A stretch of DNA of 20,000 bases, from NCBI GenBank assembly GCA_010015585.1, contig ML975154.1. One strand, written 5' to 3'. Positions 1 through 12,735 of this stretch are shown here, piece by piece (position 1 is the stretch's first letter; each line of letters opens with the position of its first letter). The stretch comes from Eremomyces bilateralis CBS 781.70. Taxonomy: Eukaryota. The translations under genes and the position numbers were made by a program. The notes under the pieces were generated by a model, which had not been told where the DNA came from, searched no databases, and was given only the letters and a program-made list of their open reading frames with translations.

Positions 1-584
1 TCCGCAAAACCTGGGACCGCGACGAGTACGCCGCCAAAGCGCACACTCGCGACGAACACACCCGCACGGAAGCCAAAGCGCGCTACGAAGCGACAATCGC
101 GGGCAAGAAATACCACCGGCGCGCCTCAACGCCCCCCGATGCGCGCGACACGGAAGCGCGGGCGCACCGCCTCGATGTGGCGAGCCAGGTGGGCAAGACG
201 ATGATCGTGCCGGCGGGGATGGCGGTGGGGAAACGGGGGCGAGGCGCGGGGTTCTACTGCGACGCGTGCGACCTGACGTTTAAAGACAACGTGCAGTTGG
301 TGGAGCATTTGAATAGCAAGCAGCATTTGGTGGCGACGGGGCAGAGTGGGGAAGTAAGGAAGGCCGGCGTGAAGGAGGTGAGGGAGCGGTTGAGGTGGTT
401 GAAGAGGAAGAGGGGAGAGGAGGAGAGGGAGATGGTGGTGGATTTGGGAGAGCGGTTGGAGAAGCGGAGGGAGGAGGGGGAGGCGGAGGCGGAGGAGAAG
501 AGGGTGGCGAGGAGGGAGAAGAGGAGGAGGGCGAAGGAGTTGAAGAGGGGTGGGGGGTTGGGAAGGGATCCGGATGATGAGTGA
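1..584 (+). CDS. SNU23: SNU23/ZMAT2-like U4/U6.U5 snRNP zinc-finger protein, 5' end outside the window
   Basis: Frame 3 is open from nt 3 (RKTWDRDEYAAKA...) to TGA 582-584. It contains the matrin-type finger GFYCDACDLTFKDNVQLVEHLNSKQH followed by a charged helical tail, as in Snu23/ZMAT2. Confidence 0.88.
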   Translation, partial: RKTWDRDEYAAKAHTRDEHTRTEAKARYEATIAGKKYHRRASTPPDARDTEARAHRLDVASQVGKTMIVPAGMAVGKRGRGAGFYCDACDLTFKDNVQLVEHLNSKQHLVATGQSGEVRKAGVKEVRERLRWLKRKRGEEEREMVVDLGERLEKRREEGEAEAEEKRVARREKRRRAKELKRGGGLGRDPDDE

Positions 585-1242
585 GGGGTGTTGAAGATGT
601 TGCTTGCATTTGGTTTAAAACATTGCATTGGGTGGCGTTTGGGAGGAATCTCGGAGCTGGTCATGGAGTACGCATGGCGGACTATATCAGGACAGGAGTT
701 ATACCGCCAACCGGAATGGGCTTTTGCATGAATATGGCCTGCGAGGCACCGATGTCTATATTATACTTTCGAGCGTTCAGGGTAGTGAGTCCACACTACC
801 ACTACCGCCGCTCAATCAACCCCGGATAGCAAGACCGCTCTCAATCTTGGGGGATATCGTCGTACGGAAGAGGGGCTACACAGTATCACGGCTTCTTCCT
901 TCGAAGTTTCGGTGCTGAAAGGATGCTACGTGTATGTCCTTGTTTCTTACTAAGACACACCTCTACCCTCGAGAGTCCATTCACGCTTTCACTATTCACA
1001 TCCAGTGCCTACACCTGCAAACGCGGGACAATAGGGACATCCTATGTTTTGGTCAAGCCTGACAGAAGAAGGTCACATGTACAGAATGCAATAAGCAGAG
1101 GAACAGAAACTGAGAAACGAGGCCTTCCAAATCGCCCGAACCATCAATTTGTGTAAATGCGAGAGCTGTAGTTAAATGAATCTTGACTTTGATAGTTAAT
1201 GCATTTTAGGTCGCATGCTACAATGAGGGCGAAGTGCAGCAC

Positions 1243-1340
1243 AGCCAATCAAAAGTGAGTGAGGATCACCCCCCCCGTCGAGGGGCTCGCGTTCCAAACA
1301 AACGTGGCGGATTTCTCCAAAACAGTGAAGGCGTAAACAA
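1243..1340 (+). promoter_or_regulatory. Putative TOP2 promoter elements (CCAAT box, forkhead-type site)
   Basis: AGCCAATCA at 1243-1251 and GTAAACAA at 1333-1340, 170-265 nt upstream of the TOP2 ATG. Motif match only. Confidence 0.3.
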
Positions 1341-1507
1341 TAACAGAACAACAACTTCCATCCCAACCGTTCAATCTCTCCTTTGCTTCCCTTACACTCT
1401 CATTGCAGAAAATCCTCATGCTGGTCGATAGACCTGCCATTCGTTTGTTACTGTCTATTTGACCTTGTACAACTGGGCGTTGCGCGTGGACCGCGTTTGT
1501 CCTCGAT

Positions 1508-4500
1508 ATGGACGACTCCATGATGGATGATTCGGTGTTTTCGGATGGAGGGAGTTCCGATTTCGCGCCTGTGACGAAGGTAAGCCTGCCTAGAAGTGAT
1601 ATATCAGATGTAAGTGGATGCTAAACTGAATTCGCAGAAGGCGAAGGCGCCGGCGAAAACCGCGAAAACCACGAAGACTGCTGCAAAACCTGCTGCCAAA
1701 CCCAAGGCAGCAGCAGGCAAAGCCAAGGCCACCGGACTGAAACAGACCACTCTCAAGGCCACCAAAGCAGCGCCAAAAAAGCGCGCAAAGCCGGTTTCCG
1801 AGGACGAGAACTCGGATATAGATCACGCATCTATCAATGACGATAGCCTGCTCTCAAACACACCTCCCAGCGCGAAGAATCTGAAGAAAGCACCGGCTCC
1901 GAAGAAATCGAGTGGCAAACCTCTTCAATCAATTGAGAACGAGAGTTTCACTACGGGTGATGGCGAGCCTCCCAAGAAGAAGCCCACCCCGAAGAAGGGT
2001 GGCAATTCGGATAGATATCAGAAGGTCGGTTGATCCACCCCGTCATACTGCAATACATCGCTGACTTGGATACAGCTCACCCAGTTGGAACACATCGTGA
2101 AGCGCCCGGATACATATATCGGTTCCGTCGAACCGGAGAAGCGGCAGATGTGGGTGTTCAACTCCACGACCGAGTCTATGGAAATGCGAGAGGTCACATA
2201 CGTACCCGGTTTATACAAGATCTTCGATGAGATTCTGGTCAACGCCGCCGATAACAAGCAGAATGACAAGAACATGGACGAGATTCGTGTCACGGTCGAC
2301 CGTGAAAGCGGTGTCATCAGCGTCTGGAACAACGGACGCGGTATCCCGATCGAGATCCATGCACGCGAGGGGATTTACATTCCGGAGATGATTTTCGGCC
2401 ATCTCCTGACGTCTTCCAACTACGACGATGACCAGCAGAAAGTAACCGGTGGTCGTAACGGTTACGGCGCGAAGCTCTGCAATGTTTTCAGCACGGAGTT
2501 CACGATCGAAACCGCCGATGCCAAACAGAAGAAGAGATACAAGCAGACTTGGACCAAGAACATGAGCGTGATGGGAAAGGCCAAGATCACGGACAACAAA
2601 AATGGCGACGAGTACACCAAGGCCACCTTCTGTCCAGACTACGCCAAATTTGGCATGGCTGGCATCGATGACGACTTGGAAGCACTCATTAAACGCCGAG
2701 TTTACGACTTGGCAGGCACCAGCAAAGGCGTCAAGGTCAAGCTCAACGGCGATCGCATCAAGGTCAATACTTTTCAAAAGTACATCGAGATGTACACCAA
2801 GGCGATCAAAGCCGAACAAGGTGAATCGGAAACGAACGAGAAGCAAGTCATTCTACGAGACAATCCCGATCCACGATGGGAAATTGGCTTCGCTGTATCA
2901 GACGGATCTTTCCAGCAAGTCTCTTTCGTCAATTCTATCGCGACATCGTCAGGTGGCTCCCACGTCAACTATGTCGCAGATCAGATTGTTTCCAAGCTTA
3001 TGGACATCCTCAAGAAGGACAAGAAGAGCGTCCAGCTCAAGCCACACCAGATCAAGAACCACCTCTTCCTCTTCGTGAACTGCCAGATTGTCAACCCAGC
3101 CTTCACCTCTCAGACGAAGGAACAACTGACAACCAAGCCTTCACAATTCGGAAGCAGATGCGTCGTCAGCGACGAGTTCTTGAAGAAGATGCTGAAAACC
3201 GATGTTCTGCGCAACATTCGTGATTTCGCTCAGAAGAAGGCCGATCAGATGCTCTCGAAGTCCGATGGTAGCAAGAGAAGCCGGATGAATAATTCCAAGC
3301 TGACCGATGCGAACAGAGCCGGCACGAAGGATGGCTGGCGTTGCACTCTGATTCTGACGGAAGGTGACTCGGCCAGTGGTCTCGCTCTTGCGGGACGTTC
3401 TGTCGTCGGTGCAGACTACATCGGCGTGTTTCCGCTTCGTGGTAAGCTGCTCAACGTTCGAGACGCGTCCATCGACCAGATCACGAAGAATCAGGAGATT
3501 CAAAACATCAAGAAGTTCATGGGTCTCCAGCACAAGAAGGAATATACGGATACCAAGTCCCTTCGATACGGCCATTTGATGATCATGACGGATCAGGACC
3601 ACGACGGATCCCATATCAAAGGCCTCCTGATCAACTTCATCCAGTGCTCTTTCCCTAGCCTGTTGAAGATCCCCGACTTTCTCAACGTGTTCATCACACC
3701 TATCGTGAAGGTATGGAAAGGCGACCCTAAACATCCAAAGTCAATGAAGTCCTTCTTCACCATGCCCGAATATAACGCATGGAAGCTAGAGCATGGACAT
3801 CAAAAAGGCTGGGATCACAAATACTTCAAAGGATTGGGTACCAGCGACCCCGAAGATGGAGAAATCTATTTCCGCGACCTAGATCGGCATCTCAAAGAAT
3901 TTGAACCCATCAAGAGGGAAGAAACGGAGTTGATTGATCTCGCTTTCTCAAAGAAGAAAGCCGATGCTCGAAAGAACTGGCTCCGCGAATTCGTTCCTGG
4001 AACATTTTTGGACATGTCCCAGCGCATGATCAGCTATGATGAGTTCGTGAACAAGGAACTCATCCTCTTCAGTATCGCGGATTGTGAGCGTTCAATTCCA
4101 TCAATGGTCGACGGCCTCAAACCCACTCAGCGCAAGGTCATGTATACCTGTTTCCGACGCAACTTGAAGAAAGACGTCAAGGTTGTCGAACTCGCTGGTT
4201 CCGTCTCCGAGATGACCAAGTACGCATACGGCGAGAGTTCCATGCAGCAGACGATCGTCGGGCTGGCTCAAAACTTTGTCGGATCCAATAACGTCAATCT
4301 CTTGGAGCCCAGCGGTACTTTCGGTACGCGTCGCATGGGTGGACAAGACGCGGCTAGCCCTCGTTACATCTACACGAGGCTGTCGCCGTTTGCTCGAAAG
4401 CTGTTCAATCCTGCGGATGAGCCGCTTCTGAAGTATCATGAAGATGATGGGAAGACGATCGAGCCGCACAGCTACGTCCCCGTCCTTCCGATGATCTTGG

Positions 4501-6828
4501 TCAACGGCGCCGATGGCATTGGGACCGGTTGGAGCACGTCCATCCCGAACTACAAGCCTGAAGACATCGTAGACAATATGAAGCGGCGGATGGCTGGGAC
4601 TTGTAAGGAGGATATGCTTCCCATGACCCCCTGGTTCCGTGGCTTCAAAGGCCCTGTTGAAGACCTCGGTGGGAACAAATTCAAGTTCGGCGGTATCATC
4701 CGAAAGACTGGCAATAACGAAGTGGAAATCACGGAATTGCCGGTGCGGATGTGGACGCAGGACTTCAAGGACAAGCTTGAAGAGATCATCTCGGCTGAAA
4801 AGACGCCATCATTCGTTAAGGACTATTCGGAGTACAACACCCCAACCACCGTCCATTTCATTATCAAGATGGAAGACAAACACATGCAGGTTGCGGTGGA
4901 GATGGGTCTGGATGAGCGATTCAAGCTTGCCAAAACGATGACCACGACCAATCTCGTTGCGTTTGATGCGCAGGGCCGCATCCACAAATATGACACGGTC
5001 CTGGACATTATGGAGGAGTTCTACCACGTCCGCCTTCGGTTCTATGAGAAGCGCAAAGAGTTTCAGTTGGACCAACTCCAGAAGGAGCTTGACAAACTGA
5101 GCAATCAGTCCCGTTTCATCCAGATGGTCATCGACAACAAACTCACCATCGCCAAAAAGAAGAAGCAGGCCCTGGTGGCCGAATTGCAGAAGCTGAATTT
5201 TAGGCCCTTCCCGAAGGTCGCGGATGCCAAAAAAGAAGGCGAGCTAGAAGAGGCAGCGGAAGATGAGGAGGAATCTGAAGCAGTGGGAGCAAACGACTAT
5301 GACTACCTGTTGGGTGTAAGTATCCCGCAAGCAAACACATGTACCTGTGACCTTCTAACCCCATTTTCATTAGATGCCCATGTGGTCCCTCACACGCGAA
5401 CGCATCGACAAACTTCTCAAGCAAATCGGCGACAAGGAAACCGAAATCGACCTGCTCATCAAGCTGTCGCCCAAAGATCTCTGGACGCGGGATCTCGATG
5501 ACTTCGTCGACGAATGGCACGCCCAGCTGGCCGACGAGCAGCAGCGCAAGAAGAAGATCGCCGGCATGGGTCGCCGTGCGTCCGCTAAGCTGGGCGGCAT
5601 CGCTGGTTCGAAAGCGAGCAAGCGCAAGGCGGCCGATAGCGACGACGGGGACTTCGAGATCGTCAAGAAGAAGAAGACGACCTTGAGCAAGGCGCCGGTG
5701 AAGAATGCTGGCTTGTTGAGTTATTTGAATAAGGCGGGGCCGACCAAAGCGGTACTGGATAGTCCTCCTGCCACTGAGGTAGGTGCTGCGTCCCCGCCCC
5801 GGCCGAAGTTCCAGTATCCGTCTGCCGGATTCGACGGGTCGTCTGATGTAGAGATGGCGGATTCCGAGCCCGTCAAACCCGCTCCGGTGACGAAGACCAC
5901 CAAGTCTGCCAAACCTGCCGCAGCGAAGCCCAAGAAACCCGCAGCATCCAAGGCCCCCCTCCCCTCTCCAGACTCCGACGACGACGCTGATGTCTTCGTT
6001 GCCGTCGCCGAGGAACCTAAACGCCCCGCTCGCCAAGCCCGCACCGCTGCCCGCAAGCCCGCCAAATACGTCCTCTCCTCCGACAGCGACTCCGACGCCT
6101 CCGACTCTCGCCCCGACCACCTCGGCGACGTCTCCATGATGGTCAAAGGCATCGGCCTGGGCCCGGACACCTCCAGCGGCGCCTCCCGTACCCTCTTCTC
6201 CAACACCGCCCGTCCCGGCAGCGCCAACGGTCTCTCCGCCAAAGCCGGCGGCCGCTCCCGCCTCAGCACCATGTCCCGCGTTGTCGACCTCTCGGACGAC
6301 GAGATTGACGCGACGGACTACACGAAGTTGATTCCGCAAGACTCGCCGCGGCGGCCGGCGGTGCGGACGGCGAACGAGACGGTGTTGTCGGATGATGAGG
6401 AGGAGGAGGATAGCTTCATCGCGAGCGCGAAGCCGAAGCCGAAGGCTGTGGTGGGCAAGGTCGCGGCTGCGAAGCCGACGGCGAAGCGTGCGGTGGAGAA
6501 GGCGCCGAAGACGGTGAAGCCGGTGACTTTGAGCCCTGCGGCCAAGGCATATGCGATGAAGCAGGCGAAGGCGTCGGCTGCTGCGAGCGCCGGGGTATCT
6601 ACGGCGAAACCGAAGGCGAAGGCGGCGCCGAAGGTGGTGGATTCGGAGGATGATATGGTGGATGAGTTGCTCAGCGATGAGGAAGAGGAGGAGTCGCTGG
6701 TGAAGCCGGTGGCGAGGCCGGGGCGGCTGGCGGCGAGGAAGCCGGCGAAATATGTGGTGAGTGAAGAGGAGAGTGAGGAGGATAGCTTCCAGGAGGAGAG
6801 TTTCGTGGTGGACGACGATAGCGATTAA
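1508..6828 (+). CDS. TOP2: DNA topoisomerase II (type IIA), 4 exons: 1508-1579, 1638-2024, 2076-5315, 5374-6828; ~1717 aa
   Basis: GHKL ATPase motifs (EILVNAADN, GGRNGYGAKL), TOPRIM motifs (LTEGDSA, PLRGK, MTDQDHDGSHIKG) and catalytic Tyr in DAASPRYIYT (TAC 4365-4367). Introns 1580-1637, 2025-2075 and 5316-5373 are GT..AG with CTRAY-like branch sites. Splicing introns 2 and 3 restores YQK|LTQLEHI and YDYLLG|MPMWSLT. Confidence 0.97.
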
Positions 6829-9800
6829 CTATCATGACGAGGGTGGGAAGGGCGATGGGACTATTCATGATGCGATGATGGATTTCATGGTTATTGGGCA
6901 TGGTTACAGCGTGTATATTACTAACTACTAGTACACTACTAGTTGCCGTATGGAGCGCTGATATCCTCAAATGGGAATATTTCATTATTACTACTTCGTC
7001 CTGCAATTCATAGTGCGATTAATGTCTGCTTGGCCCAGGACCACTAGCTCGCTTGGCTGAACTTTAAATGAACCATCATCTCATTCTTCCTTCTCAAAAA
7101 CGAGGTTACAATCAACGCTCGATGCCCATCCATGCCTCTATTGTGGTATTTAATGTCAAAGTTCCATTACCGTACAGGCCGAAGATTGTATATTGTACCC
7201 CGTCGATCCGCGTCTTGTGTTGTTTCTTTCACTTCCGCCTTCTCAACTATTGAATTCAAGAGTATCATCCGCATGTGTCACAATGCTACCAGCTCAGTTA
7301 TTTAGCATCTAAACCTTACCGGATCCAACCAAGGCTACTGTCTCCTGTTGAATTGATGAAGTCGGTAATGTATTGAGCACTAAGGTATTGACGCAGCCGA
7401 ACGCCCGCGATGGATGTCCGAGCCAAGATCCATTGGATGGTTTCATTAGCTCTTCATTCATGTTTGGAAAGAAGCCTTGATGTTTATCTCGGCTCGGGTT
7501 GACTTCGTCACACGAATCTAAAGCCGTCGCCTTGATCTTGCCGTCTGTTGGTTTGCAATTGGGCCTTCCCTTCGGCTTATCATCTTTCCGACCGCTTGTC
7601 GGTTTTTATATGCTTTTTTCGACGTACGTGGAACCCCAATCGATGCCTAACCCGACGATACCTATGGTTGCACACGACGCAATGTCGACTCCCAAGGAGA
7701 TCAAAATCCTCCACTCAGCGGCTAAATCGAACTCGAGTTTGTCGACATTGGGATAACAATGCCATTATCTGGACTTTGCACGACATGAGCACGCGTCCAT
7801 CGGACTGCTGGATCGAATCCTGGAAACGGATCCTGTCACTGTGACCATAGCATTCTGCTTCCAGGCACCGTGACACTCATCTCGCATGGAGCGTTGCACC
7901 TCAATCACGGTTGTTCAATGACGCCAATCTATTTCGACTTGAGAGCTTCCTTGATGAGGAAAAGTCCAAGACGGCAGTATTGGTGTTAAGGCAGCACCAT
8001 GCGCTCATTCCTTAAGCTAGCACAACAATTGGCTGGAGCAAACGTGTCACCAGTGTGGGCTCCTATCGATCAATGATCGATTTGTGCCCCGATGCCTCTC
8101 AACTAATGGTTCACGTCGCATAGCCTTAGAATCTCCTCTTCTTCTCACTGATTAACGGAGCCTAGGTTGGAGGCCTAGTATAGCCGGCAATTTCAATCCC
8201 ATGAAGTATCTTGTCTGGACAATTTGGCACTTCCCGTCGGCAAACACAGCTTGCCTCCTATTTCTCACAGCATCGTTAGATACCACTCACCTAAATGTTT
8301 GAATGATGTCTTTACCTTCGTCCTTCCAAAACATACGCGGATGCCGGATGAGATGCCTTTTTCTGGTTAGAGATTGCCCTCATCCGCGGGATCTCTTAAG
8401 GTCCGCTTGCTGGTACTTCCCTCGCTTCCCAGCCGCAAATTACAAGGCTCCAGCCACGTTACACAGATCAACAACACCGATTGTTCCGGCAGACACAGAC
8501 CAAATCTCCTCGACATTTCTGAAGAGCTTGAGCGATCGCGGATATTTCTCAATCAGGAACTCTTCCTTCGGTGGCTGGTCCGGAAGGATCAGGTGACTTG
8601 AGGCTCTCATCACTCTAGAGTTCTCCCAACAGCGTCGCATCGATGCTTTACGGCAACGGGCAGCAACATGCTCCCACTCAAGATTCGGGTCGACGAGCGG
8701 TCAAAGTGAAACATGAAGCGGTGTCCGCAGATCTTCGGCGGTGAACGGCTATCAACACATCCCATCGACACATATCCTTCCCAGTGTCTCTACTATGTCT
8801 GGAAGCCGAATTGGTCTCAGTTGCGAGGAAAATGCAACGAACCGGCTTCGACTAAACCAACAGCAGAATCTCTGCCGAAGCAGTTGCAGCACCGGCGTTC
8901 GCATACCTGACGAGACTTGTTTCTAGGGTCGTGGAGGGCTGGTTGCGCCAACGGAAGGGCCAAGTCCATATACTCCCACGTTGTTGTAACCAGCCTGTCA
9001 AACCGAGTAACACTGCCGTACCGAGGGCAGCGGGAGCCCTGACTCCGGTCAGAGGACCGCCTGTCGAGTCACGCCTGCTTGCCCTGTTGCTCAAACCTGT
9101 GTACTCAGCTGGTGTTCCAAACTGGGCTCTGGCAACTGAAACCTAATCCAATCAGCATTGTCGGTGCTTTTGGTTGCGTTTTGATCGCCCGCTGCAGCCA
9201 CCCGCAACGACTAAGCCCAAACAAGGGCACCGGCGGCCACGTTTGACTTGCATCTCTAGATCAAGCAGGGCATGGGTCGCCTACTGACAGGCGAACGATC
9301 ACAGACGGGCCTAGGATATACTCCATTGCAGCCGGTTGGTCGACGGAAGCACCTGTAAAAACCATTGGGCCGGGAGTCCAGAAAGAGCCTTGCCATGACT
9401 ATGAGAAGCTCATGACCCTGGACAATCCTAGTACGTCGCCCGACTTCCTTTGCACCACATGAGCTGCTCGCAGCGAGAACGCTGGAATTCTTCTCGCGTT
9501 TGATGTAACTGGGTGCCATACCAGATGCTAGCCCTCCTACTAGGGAACCTCAGATATCCATGGAAAATCTCATGGACTGTCAAACCGATCCTGAATTTCC
9601 ACTGGCTGTCAAATTGTGATATACCAGGGCTTCACTGACACCAATAACGGTCTCCGGCTTGGCAATTGGCATCTCCTAGCTCTAGTGGACAACCCCATGT
9701 CTTCAACTCACGCTGGGACTGGTTCTTGAACCGTGAGGCGTAAAGTCTTTGAGGATGAGGAGCCGCCAGAGGATACCCGCAGGTTATGGAAGTGAGGATT

Positions 9801-10987
9801 CAAAGGCTGAGACCACCACTACACCATGAGCCTCGAATCTAGCGTTGGGGCTTTCACGGGGTCAATATCTTAACTGGTCCGCGGGAGATTTTCCCGGTTC
9901 CTCGTCGATATCAGTCCGTACTCTACTCTCCTCCGTTCTCTGATTTGCTTTGTTTTTAATCCTCACCTACATACTTATCATGTGCTTCTAAGAGAGTTAC
10001 AATTGACTGCGGCGTGGGCAAAGAGACATCATTTTGGCGGTCTGAGAGGCCATCTGCATCTGGCAAACGTACCGCATAATAATGATCTCACTCGCCGAGC
10101 CGATAGAGTAGTCTCGCGATGACCATCCACTGATATTGTTCTTGTGTTTTGGTACTGCCGAACCCAGTCATTTTACGTGGCCACCAGCGGAAAGTTATAA
10201 TATTCTATGAGAGGGAGTCGCTGATTCGGAGAGCAACCAAGTATGTGAATGTCTAGATCAAAGATCAGGTGGCGTGATATCTTTCCCCAATCCTCACCCG
10301 CTGCTATTCACTGGTTCTGGCAGACACTGACAAATTCTACCTGTCCAGAAATATACTTATCCAATACTCCTATCCACTTATCTACCCTCCGACCAACCCT
10401 TCCGTATCCTCGGCACTTCCTTTTCAAGCCGAGTTGTCCAGCGAACAAAATCTTGTTCAGACGTGGACGTAGAAACTTCGATTCGGAAATCTTGGTCCGC
10501 GTTCGGCCCATCTGAACAATAAAGAGAGCGGCATCGGAACGGCTGCAGGCGAAGATTCGTGCAGGCTTCCATGCTGAGCGCCTTCTGAAAGAACCATACA
10601 GTCGCCGGTTGGCAGAGTACCTGCTTGTTGCAGGTTTTCTGGAAGGAAGCAAAAGACCGGACGTGGGATCAAAGAAACCTATGACTGGCCGGCGGGTATA
10701 AGGGAGTGCTCATTTCTAGTCCTCGTGAGCACCTTTAAAATAGAGGGCAAACGAGGCATCACGCCAACCTTCTTTTGTAGAAGATTGAATTATCCGTCCC
10801 TGGCGCTACGGCTCAAACCGATCTCTATCTCACAGTGCCACAGTCACTCGCAAACCTCACTCCCAGGATTTGCTGCACACTTAATCCCGGCCTGGGACAC
10901 TATTTCGTCCTAGCCTTGTCTTAGTACTTCAAGTGCTGTCACTTTATCTTCCCATTTCACAGACGACTCCCTCGATATCTGGAAGCG

Positions 10988-12735
10988 ATGCAAATCCAGT
11001 CGTTACTTAACCCTTTGTCTGAGCCTCTTCCACCCGGCAGAGTATCACCGCAACGCTCCGCTCCTGAGTCTACCAGGCCGCAGTCCCATCGACCTGCCCA
11101 GGCGAGAGAGAGTTCGGAGCACCCCAGTAGTCAGTTCAAATACGACTCACTATCTACTCAACGGCCGGCGAAACTACCCAAAGATGCCCCCATATTCAAG
11201 GAACGAAAGCCTAGAGGGCGGGTGAACTTCGCGCCGTACGAGGCCGGAACTGGCAAGGAGATGGCTGCACAGCATAAGAAGTTTCGAATCTTTCCTGTGG
11301 GGCGCATAGGAGAGTACTGCCGACCAATCCCATACTCAAGCGATAAGAAGTCCTTCTGGTCTAAGACTGGCCGAGAAGGGTTTGAAGGTACGTCTTGATC
11401 CTCAAATGTTAAATATTAAGACGCAAACCAGGTGGAACCGTATGTGTCGTAATTCTCATCGCTAACGAAGTTACAGTGTTCCAATATACTTTCCAGCTTC
11501 CAGGTGAAGACAAGAAGTACACCGTGATGTGGGACTACAACATCGGCCTGGTCCGCATCACTCCCTTCTTCAAAGCCTGCAAATACTCCAAGACAACCCC
11601 TGCGAAAGTTCTGAACGTCAACCCTGGTCTGCGAGACATAAGCCATAGCATTACTGGGGGGGCGCTGGTCGCTCAAGGTACGAGCATGCCTTTATATGGA
11701 GATTACCGTTCAGTACTGACAAGATAATTAGGATACTGGATGCCCTTCCGATGTGCTCAAGCTGTCGCATCGAACTTCTGCTACGACATTCGTTGGGCAC
11801 TGGCGCCTCTTTTTGGGCCGTCCTTTGTCAGTGAATGTTTGCCCCCGTCTCACCAGAACTTCGGTCACTTCAGAATTGACCCTAGGATTGTCAAGTCATG
11901 TACCGATGAGACCATGACGTGGAAGGCAGACGCAGCATCATTGTCCCCTTCCTTCTCGCCTCCAGCATTCAGAGAGTCGGTTGAAAGGGCTTCCAAATTC
12001 ACTCCACAGATCATATCCCCATTCGAGGGGCATCCTGTCAGTCCAGCCACTCGACAGACTACTGGCCTACAGTCGCAGCCTCTTTGGAGACCTGGAACGT
12101 CCATGTCCGCTAAGAACTCACGGTCCCGCAATCGTTTTCACCCTGGCATCGGCGAGAAAGACGGTGAAAGCGGAGACGGCACTGATTCCGAAGGCAGTGA
12201 TCGCTACCACTTCTCCCCTCAAGTCTCTCCCACTTCCAACGCGAGGCAATGGGCAGCAGTAAATCGCCCGTTACCGAAGCTACACCCTATTCTCACCGCC
12301 GACCTCCCCGTTCTGCATTCCCCAACGAGGCGAGCCGATGAACGACGCCCAGCATTCTCCGTTGGTCACCGCTACACAACATCAACGCCAGCGGTCAGCA
12401 TCCCAGAGTCAGCCATCACTGCATCGACCGACACGACTGCTGGCTCGGGTAGCACCACTAGTCTGTCTCTCGGACCGGGAGTCAAACGGAGGGTCGACGA
12501 CCTGGAATCATCGGATGAGGAACAAAATGAAATTGGGTCACCAAAGACTCCTGAAATATCCTCGGCGGAGTTGAGCCCGAAGACCACACGGTTCGCAGCC
12601 GAGCGGCGATTGAAAACAGAAATGACGGAGCAGGATGAACACCATGCAGCGGAGCTCATAATGGCACTGAAAGTGGCGGATAGCAAACTTGTGGATGCAC
12701 ATCGGGACAAGCGAAAGAGGAGGGCAAGTCGATAG
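10988..12735 (+). CDS. APSES/KilA-N transcription factor, Xbp1-like; 3 exons: 10988-11387, 11477-11677, 11732-12735; ~534 aa
   Basis: Spliced product reads [26 protein letters not shown]...[57 protein letters not shown], the Pezizomycotina Xbp1-like APSES domain. Introns 11388-11476 (GTACGT..GCTAAC..CAG) and 11678-11731 (GTACGA..ACTGAC..TAG) are both phase 1. The protein ends in a basic NLS-like KRKRRASR. Confidence 0.92.

Noticed and set aside
280..609. Pro/Ser-rich minus-strand ORFs and Gly/Glu-rich plus-strand ORF
   Set aside because: Alternative frames of the purine-rich SNU23 3' end.
5316..5501. Apparent frameshift or overlap between the 1138-aa and 484-aa TOP2 ORFs
   Set aside because: Explained by the canonical 58-nt intron 5316-5373.
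5200..6339. 379-aa minus-strand ORF and other antisense ORFs inside TOP2
   Set aside because: Expected by-product of GC-rich codon bias on the sense gene.
9830..10976. CCTCGA Xbp1-type sites upstream of the APSES gene (possible autoregulation) and at the TOP2 start
   Set aside because: A 6-mer is expected roughly ten times by chance in 20 kb on both strands; no enrichment is evident.
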